Shown one piece after another: positions 1-7,604 of a stretch of DNA of 41,826 bases. This DNA is from Minisyncoccota bacterium (lineage in GTDB: Bacteria; Patescibacteriota; Minisyncoccia; Phycocordibacterales; JACOZG01), in NCBI GenBank assembly GCA_036517595.1, contig DATDVJ010000037.1, positions 1-41,826 of the forward strand, written 5' to 3'. The translations under genes and the position numbers were made by a program. Under the pieces are notes generated by a model, which saw nothing but the letters and a program-made list of their open reading frames with translations, was not told the origin of the DNA and made no database searches. Each line of letters begins with the position of its first letter. The first letter of the stretch is position 1.

Positions 1-255
1 AATGGGGGAGCAGGTATCGAATGGGATTCCCAGACTCCTTATGGTTCCGGTGGTGGAGGGGGTGGAGCAGGTGATGATGGGTCTCCGGCTAGTATTGGGG
101 GTTTGTATGGTGGTGGCGGTGGTGGCGGTGGAGGAGGGGCAGGATGTTGTCCCCCTTACGGTGCCCAAGGCATCATCGTCATCACCTACTCCCCGGAGAA
201 GCCGCGGATTATTCGTCTACATGGGGTGCGTCTTCATGGTGTCCGGTTGCAGTAA
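1..255 (+). CDS. Glycine-rich repeat protein, C-terminal fragment (5' end lies outside the window); paralogue of the 4672..5585 gene
   Basis: Frame 1 is open from base 1 to TAA at 253-255. It is missing from the ORF track because it has no Met. It reads ..GIEWDSQTPYGSGGGGGG..GGLYGGGGGGGGG..GIIVITYSPEKPRIIRLHGVRLHGVRLQ*. The tail closely matches the tail of the 4672..5585 gene (GIIVVTYAPEKTRVIRLHGVRLDGVRLQ*). Confidence 0.6.
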   Translation, partial: NGGAGIEWDSQTPYGSGGGGGGAGDDGSPASIGGLYGGGGGGGGGGAGCCPPYGAQGIIVITYSPEKPRIIRLHGVRLHGVRLQ

Positions 256-361
256 ACGCTACTTGTCCAACTTAGCATGGAGACATTAATGGGAATACAA
301 GGGCCGGGTTTGGATTGCAAAATAATTGCATCCAAGTCAACTTGTCTGATATGATAGAGGC

Positions 362-565
362 ATGTCAAATGGTCAAATAACAATTGAGCCAGAGAATGGT
401 GGTTTCTATCGTCCAGTGGCCCGAAAGAAAACTGGAATCTTGATTTCGTTAGTGTTGAAACTTTCCGGTGGCCGGATTAATGAAGCGGGCGCCAACTATT
501 TTCTTCTCGGTTTTGCCGTCATAATCTTCATTATTGCCATTGTAGTTTTGGTTACCACTCTCTAG
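362..565 (+). CDS. Small hypothetical membrane protein (67 aa, one C-terminal TM helix)
   Basis: ORF with hydrophobic C-terminus YFLLGFAVIIFIIAIVVLVTTL. An extended -10 (TGaTATGAT, 347-355) lies 6 nt before the ATG. No recognisable family. Confidence 0.35.
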   Translation: MSNGQITIEPENGGFYRPVARKKTGILISLVLKLSGGRINEAGANYFLLGFAVIIFIIAIVVLVTTL

Positions 566-572
566 CCGAGCT

Positions 573-1166
573 ATGACTACGCCGCAAACCTTCGTCTTCA
601 TTGGTCGTTCTGGTTCCGGGAAAGGAACCCAAGCCAAGCTCTTAATCAATCGGTTTGTTGCTCGCGGTGACAAGGTTTTCTATGTGGAGACCGGGGAGCA
701 GTTCCGGAGTTTTTTAACCGAAGATACTTACTCTAGTCAGTTGGCCAAACAAGTGTCTTTGGCCGGCAATCGTCAGCCGGATTTTATGGCGATTTATATG
801 TGGGCCAATTTATTAGTCAATAGATTTGGACATGCCCTTGCCCATCTCTTTTTCGATGGCTCGCCACGATCTTTAGTTGAAGCTCAAGCCATGGATACGG
901 CCTTTAATTTTTACCAACGCGATTTGGTTCATGTTGTGGCTCTTCATGTCTCTCATACTTGTGCGACTGATCGGTTGACTAAACGAGGACGAAGTGACGA
1001 TGATGAGGTTGGAGTTAAGAAGCGCCTCGCTTGGTATGAGCAGGATGTTGTCCCCGCCCTCGACTATTATCGAACCAATCCCCGTTATCGTTTGGTTGAA
1101 ATTGATGGTGAACGATTGATTGAAGAAGTTCATGCTGACATTCTTACTAAGTGTGACCAAGCCTAA
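573..1166 (+). CDS. adk: Adenylate kinase family nucleoside monophosphate kinase
   Basis: P-loop FIGRSGSGKGTQAKLL and NMP-kinase layout. Sits immediately upstream of map, as in the conserved adk-map arrangement. Confidence 0.85.
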   Translation: MTTPQTFVFIGRSGSGKGTQAKLLINRFVARGDKVFYVETGEQFRSFLTEDTYSSQLAKQVSLAGNRQPDFMAIYMWANLLVNRFGHALAHLFFDGSPRSLVEAQAMDTAFNFYQRDLVHVVALHVSHTCATDRLTKRGRSDDDEVGVKKRLAWYEQDVVPALDYYRTNPRYRLVEIDGERLIEEVHADILTKCDQA

Positions 1167-1938
1167 GCCAAGTCTCAAATCTAAAGAAGACATCGAGATT
1201 CTTCGTTCGGGTGGTCGGAAGCTCGCTCGAATTCTCGTCGCTTTGGCGCAAGCGGTGAGTGAAGGCCTGACGACGCGCTCGCTCGATATTCTCGCTCGCA
1301 AGTTGATTAGCCGGGCAGGTGGTGAACCGGCCTTTCTCAACTATCGGCCGGCGGGGGCCGCTTCACCTTTCCCCGCGGCGCTGTGTGTTTCCGTCAACGA
1401 CGAGATTGTGCACGGTATTCCCAGTGATCGGATATTAGTGACCGGTGATCTCGTCGGTCTCGATCTCGGCTTGAAATATCATGGTCTCTACACCGATATG
1501 GCGATAACGGTCGGCGTGGGAGAGATTTCGACCGAAGCCCAAGCATTACTCCAGGTGACTCGTCAGGCTTTGGTTGCCGGAATTGCCGCCGCTCGCGCCA
1601 GAGCGACCAGTGGTGATATTGGCACGGCGATCTCGGCCGCCGTTTCGGGTCATCAGAAATATGGTCTGGTGACCGAGTTTGGTGGCCACGGTGTGGGTCA
1701 TCAAGTCCATGAGTGGCCAGAGATTCCCAATGTTGGCCGGCGCGGATCGGGGGTGTCGCTCCTTCCTGGATTAGTGATTGCGATTGAACCAATGGTGACG
1801 ATTGGCCGTGCGGCAATTGTGACCGCCGCCGACGGCTGGACGGTGAAGACGAAGAGTGGCGGCCTATCGGCCCATTTCGAACACACAGTTTTGATAACCG
1901 ATGACGAGCCAGAGATTCTAACCCAGCTTAAGATGTGA
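1120..1938 (+). CDS. map: Type I methionine aminopeptidase
   Basis: M24A motifs: VNDEIVHGIP, GDLVGLDLG, YTDMAITVGVG, HGVGHQVHEWPEIPN, IEPM, HFEHTVLIT. ATG 1120 overlaps adk by 47 nt; the in-frame GTG at 1153 is a likelier start. Confidence 0.9.
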   Translation: MKKFMLTFLLSVTKPKPSLKSKEDIEILRSGGRKLARILVALAQAVSEGLTTRSLDILARKLISRAGGEPAFLNYRPAGAASPFPAALCVSVNDEIVHGIPSDRILVTGDLVGLDLGLKYHGLYTDMAITVGVGEISTEAQALLQVTRQALVAGIAAARARATSGDIGTAISAAVSGHQKYGLVTEFGGHGVGHQVHEWPEIPNVGRRGSGVSLLPGLVIAIEPMVTIGRAAIVTAADGWTVKTKSGGLSAHFEHTVLITDDEPEILTQLKM

Positions 1939-1952
1939 TAAACTAGGTATTC

Positions 1953-2423
1953 ATGCCAGAAGAACGAAGCCTGATTATTATGAAGCCCGATGCTCTGCAA
2001 CGCGGGTTAGTGGGGAGTATCCTCCATCGTTTCGAACGGAAGGGACTCAAGATTATTGGACTTAAGATGGTTGAGCTCGAGGATTTAATTATCGACGAGC
2101 ATTATGCTCATCATAAAGATAAACCGTTTTTCAGCTCGCTCAAGCACTATATGAAATCAACCCCGGTGATCCTTCTCGCTCTATCAGGCGTGCATGCGAT
2201 CCAAGCTATTCGTCTCATCGTTGGTCCGACTCGTGGCTATGAAGCCGATGCCGGTAGTATTCGAGGTGACTTTGCCATGAGTGGGCAATCAAACATTGTG
2301 CATGCCTCTGATTCGGCGGAATCAGCGGAACAAGAGATCAAAAGATTTTTTAAGCCTCACGAACTTTTCGACTACCAAAAACCCGATTTCCCGTGGCTTT
2401 ATTCGGATAGTGTTTTGGAGTAG
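1953..2423 (+). CDS. ndk: Nucleoside diphosphate kinase
   Basis: 156 aa with ERSLIIMKPDALQRGLVG, the NIVHASDS active-site His context, and typical length. Confidence 0.95.
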   Translation: MPEERSLIIMKPDALQRGLVGSILHRFERKGLKIIGLKMVELEDLIIDEHYAHHKDKPFFSSLKHYMKSTPVILLALSGVHAIQAIRLIVGPTRGYEADAGSIRGDFAMSGQSNIVHASDSAESAEQEIKRFFKPHELFDYQKPDFPWLYSDSVLE

Positions 2424-2450
2424 ACACGCGAAGTGTATAAACGGTACAAT
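2421..2450 (+). promoter_or_regulatory. Candidate sigma70-type promoter (TAGACA - 18 nt - TACAAT)
   Basis: TAGACA at 2421-2426 and TACAAT at 2445-2450. The predicted start (~2456) coincides with the 5' strand of the long closing helix at 2454-2469. Confidence 0.3.
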
Positions 2451-2453
2451 GTG

Positions 2454-2586
2454 GGTGAGGTCGTCCGGGGTATTATCTAGATCAAATAATATGGTTTTTG
2501 GGATCCTCATATACTCGGCACCTTGGTGCAAAGTTGCGGGAACCCACCTAGATTCACTCTAGGTTAATCGCTCGGATGGCCTCACC
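2454..2586 (+). ncRNA. Candidate structured RNA or leader, class not recognised
   Basis: A 16-bp closing helix pairs 2454-2469 (GGTGAGGTCGTCCGGG) with 2571-2586 (CTCGGATGGCCTCACC), including 3 G-U pairs. Internal hairpins: GCAC-cttg-GTGC, CCTAGA-ttcac-TCTAGG, and TGGGATCC/GGAACCCA. A candidate promoter lies upstream and an intrinsic terminator lies directly downstream. Confidence 0.3.
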
Positions 2587-2591
2587 AAAGC

Positions 2592-2628
2592 CTTTTCCCT
2601 CTTGCGGGAAAGGTTTTTGTTTTTTTTA
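2592..2628 (+). terminator. Rho-independent terminator
   Basis: Stem CTTTTCCC (2592-2599) pairs with GGGAAAGG (2606-2613) around a 6-nt loop, followed by TTTTTGTTTTTTTT. Confidence 0.6.
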
Positions 2629-2649
2629 TTTGTTATACTTAGACTATTA

Positions 2650-4047
2650 ATGGTAGCCAAGAGTGAATCAACCTTAACTTTCCACGGTGGGGCCGGAGCG
2701 GTGACCGGCGCCAATTTTTTATTAGAAATTGCTCCATCATCAGCTACTGATCGCCCGATTCGCTTGCTCGTTGACTGCGGGCTCTATCAAGGAGGGAAGG
2801 TCTTTGAGAACCGAAATAATGAGTCTTTCCCTTATGATCCAGCGACCATTGATTACCTTTTTGTCACTCATGCTCATCTCGATCATGTTGGTCGGATTCC
2901 AAAACTTGTCCACCAAGGTTTCCGCGGCGTTATTTATTCCACTTTACCAACCAAGAAGATTGCGGCGTTAATTCTGGAAGACAGTCTTGGGCTAATGGGT
3001 AAAGAGGCGCGGGGGAGTGGGCAACCGCTACTCTACGACTTGGCTGATGTGGCGGCCGCCCTCGCGCGGTGGCAAACTCTTGAGTATCGCTCGCCTCTCA
3101 CCCTGGGCAATTCTGAAGTGACTGTAACCTCTCGTGATGCCGGCCACATCTTGGGTTCGGCTATGTATGAGGTGACTCGCGGTGATCGCCGCTTGCTCTT
3201 TACCGGTGATCTTGGTAACTCGCCGTCGCCGCTTCTTCACGATACGGAAGTGGTCAAAGGGGTGAATTATTTGGTGATGGAGAGTGTCTATGGTGATCGT
3301 GAGCACGGTGGCGCGGCGACGCGCCGCGACCAGTTGGAAGATGTGATCGAGAACACGATGCGGGCTGACGGGGTTCTCTTGATCCCCGCTTTCTCAATCG
3401 AGCGCACCCAAGAGCTTCTCTATGAGATTGAGCACATGACCGCCGAAGGTCGCATCCCGCCGGTGCCAGTTTATCTCGATTCGCCGCTTGCGATTCAAGT
3501 CACCGAGATTTATAAAAATTCCCAAACCTACTTCAATGCGCAGGTGGCTGATCCTGACCACCGGCGCGACGGGTTATTCAATTTTCCGAATTTGCACCAG
3601 ACTCTGACGACCGAAGAATCCAGGGCCATCGTCAACATCCCCGGGCGCAAGATTATTATCGCCGGTTCGGGCATGTCGAACGGTGGTCGAATTATTCACC
3701 ATGAGAAACACTATCTTTCTTCTCCCACTACCACTCTACTCCTGATTGGTTATCAGGCGGCGGGGAGCTTGGGTCGCCTGTTGGAAGAAGGGGCGAAAGA
3801 AGTGACGATTCTCGGCACGTGGGTGCTGGTTCGTGCGCGGATCCTTACCTTCTCCGGTTATTCGGCGCATCGCGATGGCCCGGGACTTCTTGATTTCGTC
3901 CACCAGCTTAGTGGATCACTCGAAATGGTCTTCGCCACCATGGGAGAACCGAAGGCGTCTCTTTTCTTAGTTCAACGGATTCGGGATTATCTCGGGATTC
4001 GGGCCATTGCCCCGCGCGCCGGTGAATCAGCAAAACTCGAATTATAG
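2650..4047 (+). CDS. MBL-fold metallo-hydrolase, beta-CASP RNA-processing nuclease family
   Basis: HAHLDHVGRIP (HxHxDH), later GDLG and GYSAH motifs, and the two-domain length typical of beta-CASP nucleases. The track start TTG 2602 lies inside the terminator hairpin, so ATG 2650 (MVAKSESTLTFHGG) is preferred. Confidence 0.85.
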   Translation: MVAKSESTLTFHGGAGAVTGANFLLEIAPSSATDRPIRLLVDCGLYQGGKVFENRNNESFPYDPATIDYLFVTHAHLDHVGRIPKLVHQGFRGVIYSTLPTKKIAALILEDSLGLMGKEARGSGQPLLYDLADVAAALARWQTLEYRSPLTLGNSEVTVTSRDAGHILGSAMYEVTRGDRRLLFTGDLGNSPSPLLHDTEVVKGVNYLVMESVYGDREHGGAATRRDQLEDVIENTMRADGVLLIPAFSIERTQELLYEIEHMTAEGRIPPVPVYLDSPLAIQVTEIYKNSQTYFNAQVADPDHRRDGLFNFPNLHQTLTTEESRAIVNIPGRKIIIAGSGMSNGGRIIHHEKHYLSSPTTTLLLIGYQAAGSLGRLLEEGAKEVTILGTWVLVRARILTFSGYSAHRDGPGLLDFVHQLSGSLEMVFATMGEPKASLFLVQRIRDYLGIRAIAPRAGESAKLEL

Positions 4048-4080
4048 TTTTGGTTACTTTTGGTATATACTATCCGGACG

Positions 4081-4665
4081 ATGTTCATAACTAATGGGAC
4101 AGAAGACAAACACGGTCACTCGCGGATTAAGCTCTGTGTCTCGGGGGCGGCTGAGACGGATCATTGTGGTGATGGTGTGCTCGAGATTGCGGCGACGCTT
4201 GGGCGGGAGGTGGTGACGCAGGGCGCGGTGCTGGTGACTGGGGCGACGACCGGTTTCCCACTCTGGGCGGCCAAGGGGGCGAAAGAGGCGGGCGGTATTT
4301 CGCTCGGTCTCTCGCCGGCCTCGACAGAACGAGAGCACCTCGAGTTCTATAAACTGCCGCTCGATTATCTTGATCTGGTTATCTATACGGGTTTCGGTTA
4401 CTCCGGTCGCAATCTCCTACTCACTCGCGCCTCCGATGCTGTTTTAATCGGTTGTGGTCGAGTGGGGACGATCAATGAATTCACTGTGGCTTTTGAAGAT
4501 CACAAACCAATTGGGGTGTTGGATGGTTGTGGGCCCACCGCGCAAGTGATTCGAGATATCATGGATAAAGGGCACCGTCACAATGACAATGTTATTTTCG
4601 ATTCCGATCCGAAGAAATTAGTCGCCCGCGTGATTGAGATGGTGAAGAAAGAGAAAACCCATTGA
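4081..4665 (+). CDS. TIGR00725/LOG-like (SLOG) Rossmann-fold protein
   Basis: VTGATTGFPLWAAKGAKEAGGISLGLSP...YTGFGYSGRNLLLTRASDAVLIGCGRVGTINEF matches the pattern of the LOG/TIGR00725 family. ATG 4081 is preferred over TTG 4060. Confidence 0.7.
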   Translation: MFITNGTEDKHGHSRIKLCVSGAAETDHCGDGVLEIAATLGREVVTQGAVLVTGATTGFPLWAAKGAKEAGGISLGLSPASTEREHLEFYKLPLDYLDLVIYTGFGYSGRNLLLTRASDAVLIGCGRVGTINEFTVAFEDHKPIGVLDGCGPTAQVIRDIMDKGHRHNDNVIFDSDPKKLVARVIEMVKKEKTH

Positions 4666-4671
4666 GGTATT

Positions 4672-5585
4672 ATGGCTTGTTTGTCCCCTAAAAATTGCAA
4701 ACTGAAAATCACCCTGATTATTTTTTGTCTTAGCCTTCTTTCCTTTCCACTTCTGGCCTCCGCCACCACCGTCTTCATCACCTCTGGCACCAGCTGGACC
4801 GTGCCGAGTGATTGGACGAATACCAACACGATCGAAGTCATCGGGGGTGCAGGGGGGGGTAGCAAATACGGTGATGGAGGTGGGGGGGCGTATGCCAAAA
4901 TTTCCAATCTCACGACACTCACCCGCGGTGGATCGGTGACGATTCAAATTGGCCAAGGCGGTCCTGGTGGTAACAGTAACGGTGGTAATGGCACCGATAC
5001 ATATTTTAACGGTTCAGGCACAACTTGTTCTGACCAATCAGTTTGTGCCGAAAATGGAGTTAGGGGGTCAAACTTTACTAGTGGGAATGGTGGCGCTGGT
5101 GGTGAATATAATGATCCTAATTACGGTGGTGCTGGTGGCGGTGGTGGTAATGGTGGTGGTACCGCGGGAGCTAATGGTGCCGTCGGTGCTCCCGGTAGTA
5201 GGCCAGGTGGGGCTGGAGGTAATAATAGTTTAGGGTTTGGCGGTGGAACTGGCGGTACCAGTGGTGCTGGTGGTGCCGGTAGCAAAGGTGGTGGTGGTGG
5301 TGGTGCCTCTTTTAATAATGGTGTTGTTGGCTATACCGGTAGTGTTGGTGGTGCTGGCATTGAATGGGATTCTACTCACGGTTCCGGCGGGGGGGGAGTG
5401 GTTCATCGAACTGTAGTGGTGGTGCCACTGGCGGTGGTGGGGCCTTATATGGCGGTGGCGGTGGTGGTGGTTGTAATTTGGGTGGGGCTGGAGCCGCCGG
5501 GATCATTGTCGTCACCTACGCGCCGGAGAAGACGCGCGTTATTCGCCTGCACGGGGTGCGTCTCGACGGGGTCCGATTGCAATAG
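4672..5585 (+). CDS. Secreted glycine-rich repeat protein, interrupted by a frameshift in a G8 tract (pseudogene or phase-variable)
   Basis: Signal peptide, then the FITSGTSWTVPSDWTNTNTIEVIGGAGGG motif and long GGxGG repeats. The frame from 4672 is homologous to the paralogue only up to GIEWDSTHGSGGGG. After the G run at 5389-5396, homology continues in the frame of ORF 5364..5585 (..ALYGGGGGGG..GIIVVTYAPEKTRVIRLHGVRLDGVRLQ*). Confidence 0.7.
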
Positions 5586-5696
5586 TTTTACTGTCAAGGA
5601 CAGTCCTTGACAGTGGTCCTAATGAAAGGATGCGGTCTTTCTTTTTCATCAAAAACCTCACTCTTAAAGTATTTACGACCGTACGAACTTTAAGAG

Positions 5697-6020
5697 TTAA
5701 ACCAACTTCTGTAGTTCCTTTTTGAGTATCGGAATATCGGTGACGATCGTATCCCAAACGACATCCAAATCAATTTCGAAATAATTGTGAATGGCTTGAT
5801 CTCTGAAGCCAGCGATGTCCTTCCATGGTAGATTTACTAATTCTTTTGTTTTAGAAGAAACTTTTTTGGCTACTTCGCCGATGAGTGTCAGTTGCATAAT
5901 TATCGCGCTTTGGGTCTTGGTATCGACAATAAATTTTTCTCTATCCAAACCATTGACAAAAGATTCAATCTTAGCGACGGACTCTAATATTTGCTGGATG
6001 TACACAACATCATCCTTCAT
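5697..6020 (-). CDS. hepT: HepT-like (DUF86, HEPN) toxin
   Basis: 107 aa with the RxxxxH HEPN motif in FRDQAIHNYFEIDLD. Overlaps the upstream nucleotidyltransferase gene by 11 nt. Confidence 0.85.
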   Translation of the reverse strand: MKDDVVYIQQILESVAKIESFVNGLDREKFIVDTKTQSAIIMQLTLIGEVAKKVSSKTKELVNLPWKDIAGFRDQAIHNYFEIDLDVVWDTIVTDIPILKKELQKLV

Positions 6021-6297
6021 AAATTGTTTTCAATTCCGATAAAACATACGGCTTAATAAATTTATTCAAACTGTTTTCAGTTACGAGGTCAACTTTTCGT
6101 CCCAGTATTTGCTCCATTTCGCGTATTAACCCCATATAAGCAAACAAACCCATCGGTCGTCCAAGTCGAACGAGAATATCAATGTCACTTTCCGGACGAT
6201 CTTCTCCGCGAGAGACAGAACCGAAAATAGATGCTCGCTTAACGCCGTGGGTGCGCAAAATGGGCGAGATTTTTTCTTGAATTTCGGACATCTTCAT
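6010..6297 (-). CDS. mntA: MntA-like minimal nucleotidyltransferase antitoxin
   Basis: IFGSVSRGEDRPESDIDILV (GSxxRGx..SDxDxxV) NTase motif. Paired with the HepT gene. Confidence 0.85.
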   Translation of the reverse strand: MKMSEIQEKISPILRTHGVKRASIFGSVSRGEDRPESDIDILVRLGRPMGLFAYMGLIREMEQILGRKVDLVTENSLNKFIKPYVLSELKTIYEG

Positions 6298-6320
6298 AAC
6301 ATAATCTTAGCATACTTTTA

Positions 6321-6674
6321 CTATTTGGTCAGAGTCACGCTCTCCACAATCCGTCGGAAAGTCGCAGGTTCATGTCCAGCGAGATCGGCGAGAATTTTGC
6401 GATCAAGTTCGACGCTATTTTTTTTCAGCAGGCCCATGAAGTGACTGTAGGAAAAACCGAGTGGCCGGACGGCAGCATTGATTTTCACTTGCCACAGTGC
6501 TCGCGCGCCGCGCTTCTTCTCGCGGCGATGGCGGAAGGCGTGCGCGCCAGCGTGAAGCAGGGCAGTTTTCGCCTCGCGTTCCTTCTTGCTTCGGCCGAAG
6601 CGGTAACCCTTAACTTGTTTAAGGACGCGCCGGCGATGTTTCGTGGCGATTGTCCCTCTTTTAACTCGTGGCAT
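6321..6674 (-). CDS. rplT: 50S ribosomal protein L20
   Basis: MPRVKRGTIATKHRRRVLKQVKGYRFGRSK; last gene of the infC-rpmI-rplT operon. Confidence 0.95.
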   Translation of the reverse strand: MPRVKRGTIATKHRRRVLKQVKGYRFGRSKKEREAKTALLHAGAHAFRHRREKKRGARALWQVKINAAVRPLGFSYSHFMGLLKKNSVELDRKILADLAGHEPATFRRIVESVTLTK

Positions 6675-6694
6675 ATTTAGATTTTATTTAAGTC

Positions 6695-6886
6695 CTAAAT
6701 TGTTGGCAAGTAAGATCCAAGCAATTTCCGGTTGATTTGGAAAGGGACCAAGCGCTTCGCGGCCATTTGCCCGCGTCGTCGCTCTTTGGCATTGAAGTGG
6801 TTCTGCCCGCCGCGGCGTGACAGCACTTTACCCCGGCGGGTCACCTTGAGACGCTTGGCATAAGATTTATTGGTTTTGATACTCAT
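6695..6886 (-). CDS. rpmI: 50S ribosomal protein L35
   Basis: 63-aa basic protein with KTNKSYAKRLKVTRRGKV, located between infC and rplT. Confidence 0.95.
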   Translation of the reverse strand: MSIKTNKSYAKRLKVTRRGKVLSRRGGQNHFNAKERRRGQMAAKRLVPFQINRKLLGSYLPTI

Positions 6887-6895
6887 ATTTAAATT

Positions 6896-7429
6896 TTACT
6901 TGGCGCGTTCAATGATTAGTGATAATCCTTTCGGTCCTCGTTCCGGCCCGCTCGCGGTCCGGTAACTCACGGTGATAAATTTCAACAATCGGTTGAGTCG
7001 ACCACGCAAGAACTCTTGATCGAAGTATTTGGCTCGCCCCCGCAGGTATAGTTCTAATTTGACGCGGTGGCCCTCTTCGAGGAAGCCAGAAGCTTTGGCG
7101 GCCTTAATCTCCAGATCGTGGTCGCCAGTGCCAATTTTGATCTGAAGTGACTTGGTCTCGGTCTGGTGGGCGTTGGCGCGGGCCTGTTTTTGCTTCTTAT
7201 TCTCGAGGTACTGGAACTTGCCGAAATCCATGATTTTAGCCACCGGAGGGTTAGCCGCCGCCGAAACCTCAATCAGATCCGAGCCGATCGCTTGAGCCTT
7301 GGTGAGAGCTTCGGAGAGAGACAGAACACCCAAATTGGCGCCCGTCTCGTCAATGACGCGTAAGGTGGGAGCGGTGATCTGATGATTGATACGGATTCGC
7401 ACTTTCAAAGGCTCGTAAGTTACTGGCAT
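6896..7429 (-). CDS. infC: Translation initiation factor IF-3
   Basis: RINHQITAPTLRVIDETGANLGVLSLSEALTKAQAIGSDLIEVS..PPVAKIMDFGKFQY plus the C-terminal domain. Confidence 0.95.
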   Translation of the reverse strand: MPVTYEPLKVRIRINHQITAPTLRVIDETGANLGVLSLSEALTKAQAIGSDLIEVSAAANPPVAKIMDFGKFQYLENKKQKQARANAHQTETKSLQIKIGTGDHDLEIKAAKASGFLEEGHRVKLELYLRGRAKYFDQEFLRGRLNRLLKFITVSYRTASGPERGPKGLSLIIERAK

Positions 7430-7604
7430 ATCCTAGTCGACCCACAGCCAAAAGTCAACCATCGAGGTGGTAAAGATGATGAAAAAAGACCCCGGGCGGT
7501 GACGCTTTCAAACTCTAGTTTCTATCCTATCTTTGTTTCTGCTTTTGTCAACCTGTGGTCCCGAATTTTTTCTCACTCTTGTGCTAGAATACTAATATAA
7601 AATT

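Noticed and set aside
873-1816. Antisense ORFs in the track opposite adk/map (873..1340 and 1394..1816). Similar cases occur opposite ftsH (15324..16274), glycerate kinase (7592..8901), ppsA, ftsK and the surface-protein genes.
   Set aside because: Each lies entirely within a strongly supported conserved gene on the other strand. Their composition is Arg/Ser/Pro-rich and looks non-coding.
2602-2649. TTG start at 2602 for the MBL nuclease.
   Set aside because: The extra codons lie inside the terminator hairpin and T run. ATG 2650 gives a normal N-terminus.
4672-5610. Diversity-generating retroelement or other templated hypervariation acting on the glycine-rich or surface proteins.
   Set aside because: The window has no reverse transcriptase and no TR/VR-type near-identical repeat pair. 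The two glycine-rich tails are ordinary diverged paralogues.
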